Translations under genes and position numbers: made by a program | Shown here: one piece after another, positions 39,649 to 51,456 of the stretch | Position numbering within the stretch: the stretch's first letter is position 1 | Layout: the number at the start of each line of letters is the position of its first letter | Source of the DNA: Cycas panzhihuaensis | Lineage: Eukaryota > Plantae > Cycadophyta | DNA length: 64,000 nt | Direction of reading: 5' to 3' | Assembly (NCBI GenBank): GCA_023213395.1 | Contig: CM041465.1 | Location: 75,461,741-75,525,740, forward strand | The notes under the pieces: model-generated | Told to the model about the DNA's origin: nothing | What the model saw: only the letters and a program-made list of their open reading frames with translations | Database searches by the model: none

Positions 39649-42600
39649 AGCTACTATGTTGGAATATTAGGGGACTCAATGCCCCCTCGAAGCAGAGGAT
39701 TTTAATGGACATGCGAAATAAATACCTTCCGGACCTTTTATTCCTTCAAGAAACGAAGCTGAGCAAGGAAAATACCCAAAGGGTCATAAACAAAGTTTGG
39801 AAAACGGCAGAAAGCATTGAGGTTGACTATGCTCAGGGTGAGGGTGGCCTATTGGTTCTTTGGGACCCATCGATTTGGTTGGGTGAACTTGTGTTTGCCG
39901 AAGGATCCTTTATTTCGATTCGCTTAACTAATATAAGCAATAATCTCTCGTGGATAGCTACAAATGTTTACGCCCCAAACAACCAGGAGGCAAGGAGGAA
40001 GCTCTGGGATAGGCTGCTGGAGGTTCATAGGGGCTTCCTTCAACCCTGGTTGTTGGCGGGGGACTTCAACTCGGCCCTGGCTCCGGGTGACAAGAGAGGC
40101 GCGGTTGGACTAGTAGTATGGGAGATTTAATGATTTCCTCCGGTGGGGGCCTGGAGGATGTAAAGCTCAGGGGGGCCTCTTTTACCTGGTCAAACAAGAG
40201 GTTGGGGAACCACCATATTCAAATAAAATTGGACAGGGTGTTGGTTAATTATGGTAGGTGAGAATCTTGATGACCTCTCTTTGGAGACGCTACCAAGACT
40301 GAGCTCGGACCATTCCCCTCTTCTGCTTCATTTTGCGGTCCCAGGAAATTGCTCGGGCTCTCCCTTTCGGTTCGAGCTTATGTGGATGCGGCATCCTGAC
40401 CTTCGGACCCGAGTGGAGGAGTGGTGGCAGATTCAGGTTAAAGGTCATGCCATGTTTAGATTTTCGAGGAAACTCGACTGGATTAAGAGACAAATTAAGG
40501 TTTGGAATAAAGAGGTTTTCCAAAATATCAACAAGCAGAAAGACAATATTACAAATGACCTCAAGGCTATAGGAGAAAGGATCGAAACTTCAGGCAGATC
40601 TCCAGAGCTTGATAAGGCAGAAAAGGTGCTGGTAGAGGAGATGGAGGAGACTCTCATTCGAGAGGAAATCCTGTGGAGGCAGAAATCCAGGGCTCTCTGG
40701 CTGGCGGAGGGGGATAGGAATACAAAATTCTTCCATATGACCACTTTGAAGCATAGGGCAAATAATAAAATTCCTTACCTCCAGAAGGAAGACGGTTCAG
40801 TCGTTAGCTCTATGGAGGATATGAAGGATCTGGCAAGTGCTTTCTTCAAGGACCTATTCTCGGCTCCCCAGGAAAGGGATTTGGACAGTAGAAATGATTT
40901 CCTGAACAATATCCCTAGACTGGTGAATGATTCTCAAAACGCTCGGTGGTGCCAGTTTACTCTTGAAGAGGTCGGGAGGCCCTCTTGATGAAGAAGGACA
41001 AAGCGCCGGTAGGATGGCTTTCCTCCAGGCTTCTTCCAAGAATACTGGGACATCATAAAGGATGACTTAATGATGGCTCTACAGGAGTTCTGCACAAAAA
41101 AAGAGATGCTTCAGGAATGGCAGGCTACATTCCTCGTCCTTATACCAAAAAAAGATGGTGCGAGAAGGATGGAAGAGTTAGTCCCATCAGTCTTTGTAAT
41201 GTTAAGTATAAGATTCTAACCAAGGTCTTGGTTAATCGATTGAAAAGATTAATGCCGAATATCATTTCCCAAAACCAGGACGGCTTTCTTCGGGTGAACG
41301 GATCTATGATGGTTATACCGTAGTCCACGAAACCATCCATTCTACCTTAGAAAGGAAGGAGCCAGCAATGCTTATCAAAATCGATCTCACGAAAGCCTTT
41401 GATAGGGTCTCCTGGGATTGCTTGATGGACTGCTTGGAGGCATTCGGCTTCGGGGAGACATGGAGAAATTGGGTAAAGTTGTGTATAGGAAAGCCTCAAT
41501 TCTCTGTTATTATCAATGGGTCGTGCCTAGATTTTTCCCGGCTTAGGGGTCTAAGGCAAGGGGACCCCCTATCCCCCTTCCTTTTCATTACGATGGCAGA
41601 GATGCTGGGCAGAACCTTGGAGGCTGCGCGGAGGCAGGGTTCCCTCTCTGGGATAAAAGCCACGTCGGGGTTGGACAATGTGGTTCACCACCAATTTGTG
41701 GATGATAATATATTACTAGGGAAGGCGACTGTCAGAGAGGCTGCTAGTTTTAAAGATATCCTGGGGAAATTCGAGAAGGCCTCAAACCAGAAGATAAACC
41801 TCAAGAAGAGCAGTGTCTTTTTTCTCAATACCCCAGGTCGTACCCAAGGCAAGATCAGCAGAACTTTGGGCATGGATATTAAGATGCTCCCCACTATTTA
41901 CCTGGGATTGCCCCTATTTTTGGGCAGGATGGCCAAACATTTGTGGGATCCCCTCATAGATAAACTCCAAAGGAAGCTTGCGGGTTGGAAGGGCGCACTC
42001 CTGAGTTCGGCTGGTAAACTTCAGCTTGTTGCCTCCACTCTCCAGAGCATTCCTGTGTTCTGGATGTCCATATTTAAAGTCCCGCCGAGCATTTCAGATG
42101 CTATTGAATCTATCCAAAAAAGGTTCCTCTGGCTCTGCACCGAGAACAGGAACAGGATTCACTTGGTGAGTTGGAGTAAAGTTTGTTCCCCTAAATGGGC
42201 TGGGGGCCTCAACTTGCGAAGGGTTCCTCATTTCAATGCAGCCCTTGGGGCTAAGCTTGGTTGGAGACTGCTCAAGGGAGGGGAGAGACCCTGGGAGAAG
42301 ATTCTCCATAGAAAATACATCTGTGGAGGCTCGCTGCTGGATAGTAGCGTCTCGCTGACTGGCTCTGTTGTCTGGAGAAGCATCCTGAAAGCTTGGGCAT
42401 CCATAAAGGAGGGGCTAAAATGGAGATTGGGTGACGGTAGCCACATTAGATTCTGGGACGATGTGTGGTGTAGGGATAAAGCCCTGAAGGGCTTTCCGGA
42501 CTTGGCGCCTGGAAGAGCCCCGTCGGGCTCTATGGGAGGTTGGCCAAAGGCTATTGTGCGCGAGTGGAGGCTCGAGGGCTGGAGAAATTTTGAGGAATTA

Positions 42601-43777
42601 CAAGGCTTGGACTATCTGCAGGAGGGCCTCGCTAAGCTCTCAGGGATCCTCAGGCAGAGCTATATCCCAAGAATTCCGATGCAGGATTCGATGGTATGGC
42701 CATCTAGCCCGTCTGGTGAGTACTCAGTTAAGCAGGGCTACCAATTCCTTTGTCGAACTAGGGGGGACTTGGACAATCCGCTGCTGGAAGGAGTTTGGAG
42801 GCTATCCATTATCCCCAAAATTGCTCTCTTCTGGTGGACCTGTCTAAGGTACAAGATTCTTACGGTCGATAACCTGAAGAGGCGAGGCTTCGCCTTGGTG
42901 AGCAGGTGTGTCCTTTGTTGCACAAATGAGGAATCCATCGACCACATTTTTTTGGATTGCCATTTCACAAGGGAAGTCTGGGGGCTGCTGCTTGGAAGAT
43001 TGGAAGTTTCTTGGGTCCTCTCGCAAAATATCTCCGATCTGCGGTGGGTGGCGAAGCCCTTTAAAAGCCTTACCCTCTCCATCCGGAAGAATTCCTCCCA
43101 ATTTTGGCTTGGAACATCCGGAAGGAGAGGAATGTAGGACTTTCCAAGAGAAAGTGATGGACCGATGGGAATCTTCACAGAGTTTGTGCGGACATTAAGG
43201 AGAGTGTTGGGAAAGCTAAGGAGAAGCGTCTATCCCCGTCCGAAGACAGGCTACTCTCAAAGTGGGGTATTGCCCCGAGTTTGAAGTTTTAAAACCTCAG
43301 AGCATAAGATGGATTCCTCCGGATGAGCCATGGTTCAAAATAAATTTTGACTGGCAAGAAAAGGAAACCTGTGGAAGTCAGGGGAGGGGACCATAGGATC
43401 GGAATGGGGCCTCATTTGGGCCTTTATGACTATTATGGCTCCCAGACAAACAACTATGCAGAAATGCATGCTATGAGCAAAGGCCTTGACCTTGCTAGCC
43501 GAGGGGGTTTACAAAGACTGGTTATCGAGGGGACTCGAAGTCGTCCCGAATTATTGAAAGGAGTGGCTAGCCCGACTGAAATTCAGTGCTATCATAAATG
43601 ATGCCAAGGACACTATTCAAGGTATGACGGAAGTTTGTATTAGGCACACCTCGTAGAGGGAAACAAAGTCGCTGATTTTCCGCAAACCGGGGGTTAGGCA
43701 TAAGTGCTTGTGTGGAGCCGTGATTTCCCGAGGACCTTTTGCGTCTGGTAGAGAAGGATATGGTCTGCAATAGCTAG
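39645..43777 (+). pseudogene. ORF2: LINE ORF2: AP endonuclease, RT, zinc-binding domain, RNase H (frameshifted as assembled)
   Basis: MKLLCWNIRGLN, LQETK, NVYAP, GDFN, SDHSP (endonuclease); EGDRNTKFFH, PISLCN, KIDLTKAFDRV, GLRQGDPLSP, HQFVDD (RT); CVLC...ESIDHIFLDC (zf-RVT); WIPP...KINFD, TNNYAE, LVIEG, REGNKVAD (RNase H). Confidence 0.95.
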
Positions 43778-44019
43778 CCGTGGGGCTTGTCCCGGCAAGT
43801 TGATGTATTGTTGCCTATTCCGTGGGGTTGTCACGGTCAGCTTGGTATTGCTCTCACGGGTTGATGATGTACTAGGTTGTGGGATCCTGTTATCAAACCC
43901 ACTTTAAATTCATTTTACCTTAACAAAAAAAAAAAATTATATCTTTGAATAGTTTTTGGGTTTTTAATCATGTTTGCACGATGTTTATGAGCATGACCAG
44001 CATGGGTCACCTCACATAA

Positions 44020-44300
44020 CTTTATTAGTAGAATTCCATATCAGAAACCATGAATTGCATTACATAGAGGACTTAGCTGGCTTTGAGTTGATATATGGTA
44101 AGGGTTCTTTGATGAAGGAGATACTAGCCTTCATAGGGTGCTTCTTGAGTTTTTCTATTTGCTCTTTAAAGGCTTCCACAAATTGTTTGAAATTGTGAGT
44201 TTGATGTCTATTTTTCAATGGTGTAGCCCATACGTACGTAGACCCTTTAAGTTGGGCCATAGGAAAGTTAATTTGATCATTGACATCATTAACATATAGT
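44020..44300 (-). pseudogene. Possible gypsy gag remnant of an older host element
   Basis: MAQLKGSTYVW...NFKQFVEAFKEQ resembles the L.G.A..W...W..F...F gag motif; short and degenerate. Confidence 0.4.
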
Positions 44301-44712
44301 GAGTCAATGCCATTTTCTATTTTTGCTTGCCATTCATTTGCTTCAATTTTACCATCTTGTGAATAAGTTAGAATCTAGAGATTATAATGAAAATTTGATT
44401 ATTAAAGGTTATCATTTCTTCTATATTCCCTTCGATCGCCATGATATCTTTTATTTCTTTTCGGTCCTTTTCATTTTTTTACTATTATTATTAGGGTCCC
44501 CTATGCCTCCTTCCTTTTTGAGGCCTTTGAAGGTGGTCCTAATTTCTATCAACTCACTCAAATTAGTTATACCGATGTTGAACTTTTATTAAGGACAAGT
44601 TAATTGTTGTTGTATTATTTCTAAACATTTACAATTCTCTTCCATGTTCCTTTAGAGTTCCACTTTAAAGTGTCAAAGTTCTGAGTCATTCTTTTTAGAT
44701 ATTCATGAAAGG

Positions 44713-45064
44713 TGTTAATGCCTAAGGTCATTTGCATTAGAATTAGATTAATAAAAGTCATTTCATAACTTTAAAAAATTGACTCTAATGTAATGTTATA
44801 ATGCTCACTTAAGTGAAATGCACTTTATATACATCTGTGTAATTTCACTTAAGTTTCATGTAAATTTGTTTAGGTGGTAAAACCCTAATCAAATTCTCTT
44901 ATCAATAAAAGGTGAAATCCAAATAAATGAATCAATGATTTTATCTCCTCTTTTGAGCTCTCAAATTTGTCTCTTATATCATGAGTGCATTATTGTTCTT
45001 GTCTCCATTCATGTTTGCCATTGTGAAGTGTTAGAGTAGGCAACCTAAATCCATTGCTCCAACA
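44713..45064 (+). repeat. 5' LTR of A (352 bp)
   Basis: TG...CA followed by a Met PBS. The left end is inferred from the TGTT start because no second copy is present. Confidence 0.75.
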
Positions 45065-48000
45065 AGTGGTATCAAGGTTTTATTGTGTTGTCTCACCACA
45101 CTCACTTACAAGGAGATCAAGAAGCAATCTCCTTTCTTTCACCTCTTCATGTGAAGTGAGAGTTGGGTATTATATTTTTACAATTTTTTTTGCAAATATT
45201 TGGAGCTCTTATTTTTTTATAGAATCTGCAAATATTTCTTGTATTTCCCTAGTATCTAAGTGCAATATTGCAGGTACAGCAAGAAGAAAACCTTGTGCAT
45301 ACTTTCAACTGCACACTGAAGCTGATTTAAGACTGAAATTAGCTAGTTTTTAGCATTTTTTGTAGATCTAAGGAGTATCTGACACCAAAATTCAAAAAAC
45401 TCAAAGTGTTTAGATTGTTGCCAAATTTTACATGTGAAGTAGCCCCTATATGGTGATCATTTTTCATTACTAAAACGACGTCAAATTTCGAGATTAAAGG
45501 GATCAAACATCCTGTTTTAAGCAGTCACCCTCCAAATTCAAAAATCTCATATCTGAAAAAATCTAAAGATTTTTTTATTGATGCAATACATATTTTCGCA
45601 TCTCCTCGTCATGATCTATCATTTGGGATAGGTCTTGCATGAATCTGATGCTCCTTTGGAAAGTTACGAGTGTTTTTGGGTTTCCTAGTATAATTTGGCC
45701 GCAAGCTAAAACAAGTCTTTTGGTCTGTTTTTTATAAATTTTTTTAAAACTTTTTATATAATTGTGAAGTGCAGGTGAAGGGCAATAAATCTGAAATTTT
45801 TTTTTTTTTTTAATTTGTGCCATATAATGACGAGACAATACAAAGGTACCCAATAACAGACTTGACTTGCTGAATTTCATTTTTTAATATACATTATATT
45901 TTTGAATTTTTTTTTTCCCTTTCATTTCAAAAAAAAAATGAGAAAAAAAATGTTTTTAATCATTTTGAGGCTTTCTCTAAAGACAATTTTTAGGCATTTT
46001 TAAAGTAAGGAGTGCACAAATATTATTGTACTACCACATCATTTGGATCAGAACAATCTTCGATGTTGTGACATTATTTATGTACATTATTTTTTACGCA
46101 TTTACAAGCTCTTTAGACACATCATCAAGTACCACATATGCACTAAAGAAGACAATTTATCATAAAAAATGAAGACATAAGCAAGCACAAAAGTGAAACA
46201 TTTATTTTTAGTTGTTATTTTCATACAAGCAAGCGATAACATTGAGTATCATTCCCTAAAATGAACACATCTATACTTGCTTTTTACCACCACTTAGCGC
46301 CTGTTTGCACACTCACCTAGGTTGAGATACCTAGGTTGGCCAAATTCCAAGCCCTAAGGGAGGTGTGGGTTTTTAGGTGGGCCTGGTCATATACCGAAAC
46401 ATTAGTGGAGGGAGGGGTTTGCCATATCAACGGCGTCCAATCAAGAATTATCCTGATAACCAACCGAGATAACCGAAACCTTAATCAAGATTAAAACTAA
46501 ACCGATCCAATATCCATCATAACCATGGGATATGCACATACCACTCTTCAGAGTAGGTATATCGCTGCTCATTGGTGAATGCGATGAGGATTGGCAGTAC
46601 ATGGGCTCCATGTTGTTTCAGCAATAATGTGAGTATCATGGGTGAAGGCCATTAATTGTTATTAGTAGCAGCCCCCCTTAAGCATCGTACAGCACCTCAC
46701 CGACTATGGACTCAAGTTGAGGTTAGTGGATTGCACACATCCTGCACACATGGTTTAGAGTTATGATTTACACCGCTCTTTGCATGGCAACTACATAGGC
46801 CATATCTTGATTATTTATTTGTACACATCATCATTTTTGCTTTACATTCACTTTATATCCCTACTGCGACAAGTGCACTAACCACAAGTATTGGTGGCAA
46901 ACTTCATTTGCTTACATATCATATAGACTTCCTTCTTCATTTCTCATATCCCTACTACAACATGAGACATTGCCACAAGTGTCCATGGCTTATTCATTCT
47001 CATAAAGCTTGCATCACATTCTCTTTCTTCTCTTCTTTATGCACATCACCACTATGTTGTCCAACTTCAAACAAAATGTGAATTGCATATCAAAGGGCAA
47101 GGACAACTAGGACATTTAGTATACAAGCGTCAAAGGTGTAGCAAAGTACAAGGGACACCGGATGGATCACATAGAGCTCACACCTATCGTACCTGCTACT
47201 GCCACTACAGCACAAACAGGAGGTACTCCACCAATTGCTCCAACAGACCCAGTTGTTAGACGACAATGGATTCTTGAAGACCAAAAGCTACAAGCATGCA
47301 AACTATTAGTCACAGACTACAACCCGCATAACCTAATTAACAACACACAAAGATAACATCGCACAAAATTTTCGAAGTTCTAAAGAGAAACTGTAATACT
47401 CGATCAGACTTAGAATTTATTCACATGGTCTTAAAAATGAATAAGATGAAAATGCAGAAAGTGAAGGTACATGAGACGATCAATGTTCTTCATCCAATCA
47501 AACAAGCTATCGACAGGGACTTCAAAACACAATGCATCACATAGGCATTCCTGATCCAGTCATCACTCCATGTACATAACTACAAAAACTTGTTGGAGAA
47601 TCTTCAGTCATCTCGCACACTAAAGACATTATAGAATTTAAGGCTCTTATAGAAAAGTTCATTGAATATAACAAGACTTTTGCAAAAGGCTTCCACTCAT
47701 CTGATCCACTTCCTAATGCTACCTTTGAAATTGAAGTGGACGAGGAAGCTTGCTACTCCAAACAATAAGGACAATAAGCACGTGGAAGAGGAAACTCATG
47801 TGGTCGTGGTCGAGGCAGGAACCAAGGACAAAGGCAATAACAATAGAACCCCCAAAATTTAGGAGGATAACAAACATTTAATCGGAGACAATCTAGCACT
47901 CCCAACACATCTTATAGGACATCAAATCAACCTATGATGTGTGCACAGTGTCATCATAAGGGACACCTTGCCAAAGACTACCAAACAGCTTATCATAAGC

Positions 48001-49875
48001 TCAACAGAAATCAACAATGGCATAATGCCCACAACGTTGATGCAGAAGAAATCTTTGGTGGGACCCAGCTTGTTGAAGCACGATTGCACAACACAAGGGA
48101 AACTAGTTCTGCCGCTTCATCAAAAAGGTGCATTGAGGTATATTATGGCTATGCCACTTGTCATTTCAATTCCATTATGTCTCAACCTCTTGGAGCAGCA
48201 AATGCTGCCATAGTCGATTCCTCCACATGGATCATAGATACTGGTGCCATGCAACACATGACATGTCATCAAGACTACTTTCAAGCCCTTAATACAAACA
48301 TCACCAACCTTGTACATATGGTTGACAAATCAAGCCAACCTGTCAAAGGTATGGGCATGGTTTGCCTGACACTCCCAAGCTTACCATATTTCAAACTACT
48401 TGATGTTTTATATATTCCCTCATTGAAACAAAACCTTCTCTCCTTAATCCACATTGGTCTCCCATGGATTTGATATGAGTGTAACATCCAATAACAAAAC
48501 CCTTCAAGCCATCCATCCTCCTTCAAATTTAGTAGTGATGACAAGCAAGCTTACGGGAAAACTCTTCCACCTGACTCGCACCTCATCTGCTACAGCCAAT
48601 CATGCTCATGCTCTTTGAGTTGAACCAGAACTTACCTATAATGTTACCCTGACTCACCATAAGTTGTCCAGGAAAATACTTTGGCATGCTCGCATGGGGC
48701 ATATCAAGTTAGACAGACTCAAAGAAATCTACCATTCCACTCCCAGTTTACCCAGATTTAATTCAAAGCCCTTCAAGTATGAAGCATGTATCGTTGCAAA
48801 ATCCAAACGACAACCCTTCATACAAAGTCAGTGGAAAGCTAGTCAACCCCTCCAACTTGTCCACTCAAACATATACGACCCAATGGCTATACCATACCTC
48901 ACTGGGAAATGGTACTACATAATATTCATAGATGACTTCACTAGGAAGGTATGGGTAACCTTTCTGAAAACAAAGGATGAATCATTCTCAAATTTTTTGG
49001 CATTCAAGGCCCTGGCATAGAACGAATCAAGTTTTCAAATCAAATGCTTTCGAACAGATAATGGTGGAGAGTATACGCCCAATGAATTTGAAGACTTTCT
49101 CCACATGCATGAGATAAAACATCAAACAACAATTGCAGGTGCCCCTCAGCAAAATGGAGTGGCTGAACGAATGAACAAAACCATCATGAACATGGCACAA
49201 ATAATGCTTGTGTATAAAAATATACCTGCATATCTTTAGGCCAAGGCAATCTATACAATAGTCTACTGCCTAAACAATGTAAATCCATCACAGCTCAGCT
49301 CATCTCCAAATGAGAGATGAACAAGATAGACTGTTAAAAATAGGGTAACATTACTGCTCTGATACCATGTTAAAAATAAAAGATGAAATAATATAAACTT
49401 ACGAGTATAAAACATTAAACATGTAAAGTAAACATCATCAAACATAATCATCACCACAAGACACCAAGATTTATACGTGAAAAACCTAATGTGGGAAAAA
49501 CCACGGGAGAAGGTGGAGTTAAGACTCCGCTTATGATCGTAAGGATTATATCTTTCTCCTCTCTCATTTCTCAAGTTCTCAAGTGGTAAGAGTACAAATA
49601 TATAGTGATAATCACCTCATGAGTAGCCTATCATATACAATGAGCCATTACATCATCCAATAGTGGGATAACATCGATATATGTGCATCTCACATATCTT
49701 GAAGTAGGTGAATGGTAGGAAGTGTATGTGTACATCATGTATACATTAAACATTATGTTTTAGCACCCCCCCATAATGTTTAATGTCCTTGAATCTTGAT
49801 CTTGAGTCTTCATGTCTTCTTCTTGTATCTCAGCTGTAACTGTGAATCACACTGTATCCTATATGTAGTATCACC

Positions 49876-49987
49876 TGTATCCTATATCCTGTAACATGTT
49901 TCTTGTATCCTGTATCCTGTAACCTGTTTCTTGTATTCTGTATCATGTAACCTATTTACTATATCTTGTATCATATAACATGTTTCC
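49876..49987. repeat. Tandem repeat, 4 x 28 bp (TGTATCCTGTATCCTGTAACCTGTTTCT)
   Basis: Read directly; built from a 7-bp TGTATCC subunit, near the PPT of B. Confidence 0.85.
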
Positions 49988-51358
49988 TGTATATTACAGG
50001 TGAATTCATCACATCGTATAGCTTGAGAAGAGCTTCTATATTAATCACCAAAATTCTCTGTAACCTGTAAAAGACCTGTATCTATATGTTATCTCTATAA
50101 ACCTAGATATGAAGTGTTTTGTGCACATCTTCATATCTTCACCTGTGTGGTGGTTATTTTCAATCTACATTAAGTTGTCCATCAAATCAAGCAAATTGAT
50201 ATCTAAGTCCATATAAAACAAAATCCATCTACCGAAATACATGGGTGACCAACCGTTGTAATCGTCAGTTTACTAAAAAATTACTTCAAATACATGGTTC
50301 ATCTTCTTTTTAAATTGCTTGTAGGACTGATAAAGTTTCATCAGTTGGATTAAGTCGACAGTTGGATCATCTTGAACCATCAACTCTAGGACCATGCCAA
50401 ATCACTTAACAATGGTAAGTTAATTGTAACAAGGCAATTGTACTAACATCTAATTAAATAACATAAACTGCTTCAATATCCAAGTGATCTATATGTTTGT
50501 TTAGGGCTTTTGTCGTATGTTAAACCAAATGTGATATTGTGTAAAGGGGAAATGAGTAACCATCATAGCAAGGATGTTTCATATGATAAATCCATCAAAT
50601 ATTTCTCACTTAATTGAATTTTTCATCTGAAATGAGCCTTAAAATATCATAAATGGGCCTCAAAATACTTGATTTTAAACCAAACTTTAATAATCATCCA
50701 CCATTCTTCAAAAATAAATTCACCACCATGTTTGGAGCCATGAAAAGGATTAGAATTGACTGAAAATTTAGAAAAAGATAAAGCTCAAATAGCTTGGACA
50801 TAAAGGTCAACTTGAAAAGCAAATATCTCCCTCAAATCAGCTCCAAATCTAGCTAAATTTGATTCCAAATTGTAGAGCTCTGAATCAACTTTCTGACACT
50901 TTAGACAGTTTGCAAATCGGATAAACAGTTGTAGAGATATTACAAAAATAGTGTAGGTACCTTTTTTAAGGTTTGTGTGTCCTGCATACAAAAACGGCAA
51001 ACTGAAACAGGAATGTGGAACCCTAACGGAGGATCAAATGGACTCGGAATGAGACGAAATTTTATAGAAAGGGACGCAATGATGATAGGTACCCAGTAGA
51101 ATTAGAACTTTTGGAAAATAATCTTGTATTGAAGAGAACAAAGCTATGGAAGTTTTGGATCCTTCGAAGGCCCTACAATGAAGAACAGAGCCAAAAACAG
51201 CCAAAAAACTCCAGAAAGCTCCTCTGTCAAGCACTGGAAATGGGTGTGGGGATGCTACCAACCCATCAGTATCAATTGTGTCTCTTTTATGCAGCTTGAT
51301 AGGCTCGAAGTAGATAAGCAGGATCTTCACCTCGCCATGGCATCTTGGATGCAACATT

Positions 51359-51456
51359 GCTCTGATACCATGTTAAAAATAGAAGATGACAGGATGGCTC
51401 TGATACCATGTTAAAAATAGGGTAACATGATTCTTCTGATATCATGTTAAAAATAG
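51359..51456 (-). promoter_or_regulatory. Triple U5-end / tRNA-iMet PBS array
   Basis: 24-mer GCTCTGATACCATGTTAAAAATAG at 51359 and 51397 (exact) and at 51433 (3 mismatches). A further copy lies inside the 3' LTR at 49356. Confidence 0.92.

Larger units (their letters stand above)
39353..43934 (+). mobile_element. Young, 5'-truncated L1-clade LINE with RNase H
   Basis: Perfect 18-bp TSD AATTATATCTTTGAATAG (39335-39352, 43935-43952). Poly(A) from 43925. GC- and CpG-rich relative to the flanks. ORF1 C-terminus plus ORF2. Confidence 0.97.
36464..44014 (+). mobile_element. Non-autonomous chromovirus-derived gypsy element (gag only); 3' LTR interrupted by a LINE
   Basis: TSD CATAA (36459-36463, 44015-44019). 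~225-bp LTRs: 36464-36688 and 39189-39352 + 43953-44014. PBS TGGTATAAGAGCC at 36691. TTGAGGACCAAG...AAGAGGGGAGAG before the 3' LTR is typical of chromovirus 3' ends. Confidence 0.88.

Noticed and set aside
40290-43198. Antisense and alternative-frame ORFs within the LINE
   Set aside because: By-products of GC-rich coding sequence; no motifs.
51359-51456. CRISPR array interpretation of the 24-bp repeat/spacer pattern
   Set aside because: The repeat is exactly a tRNA-iMet PBS plus LTR terminus, spacers are only 12-14 nt, there are no cas genes, and the context is eukaryotic.
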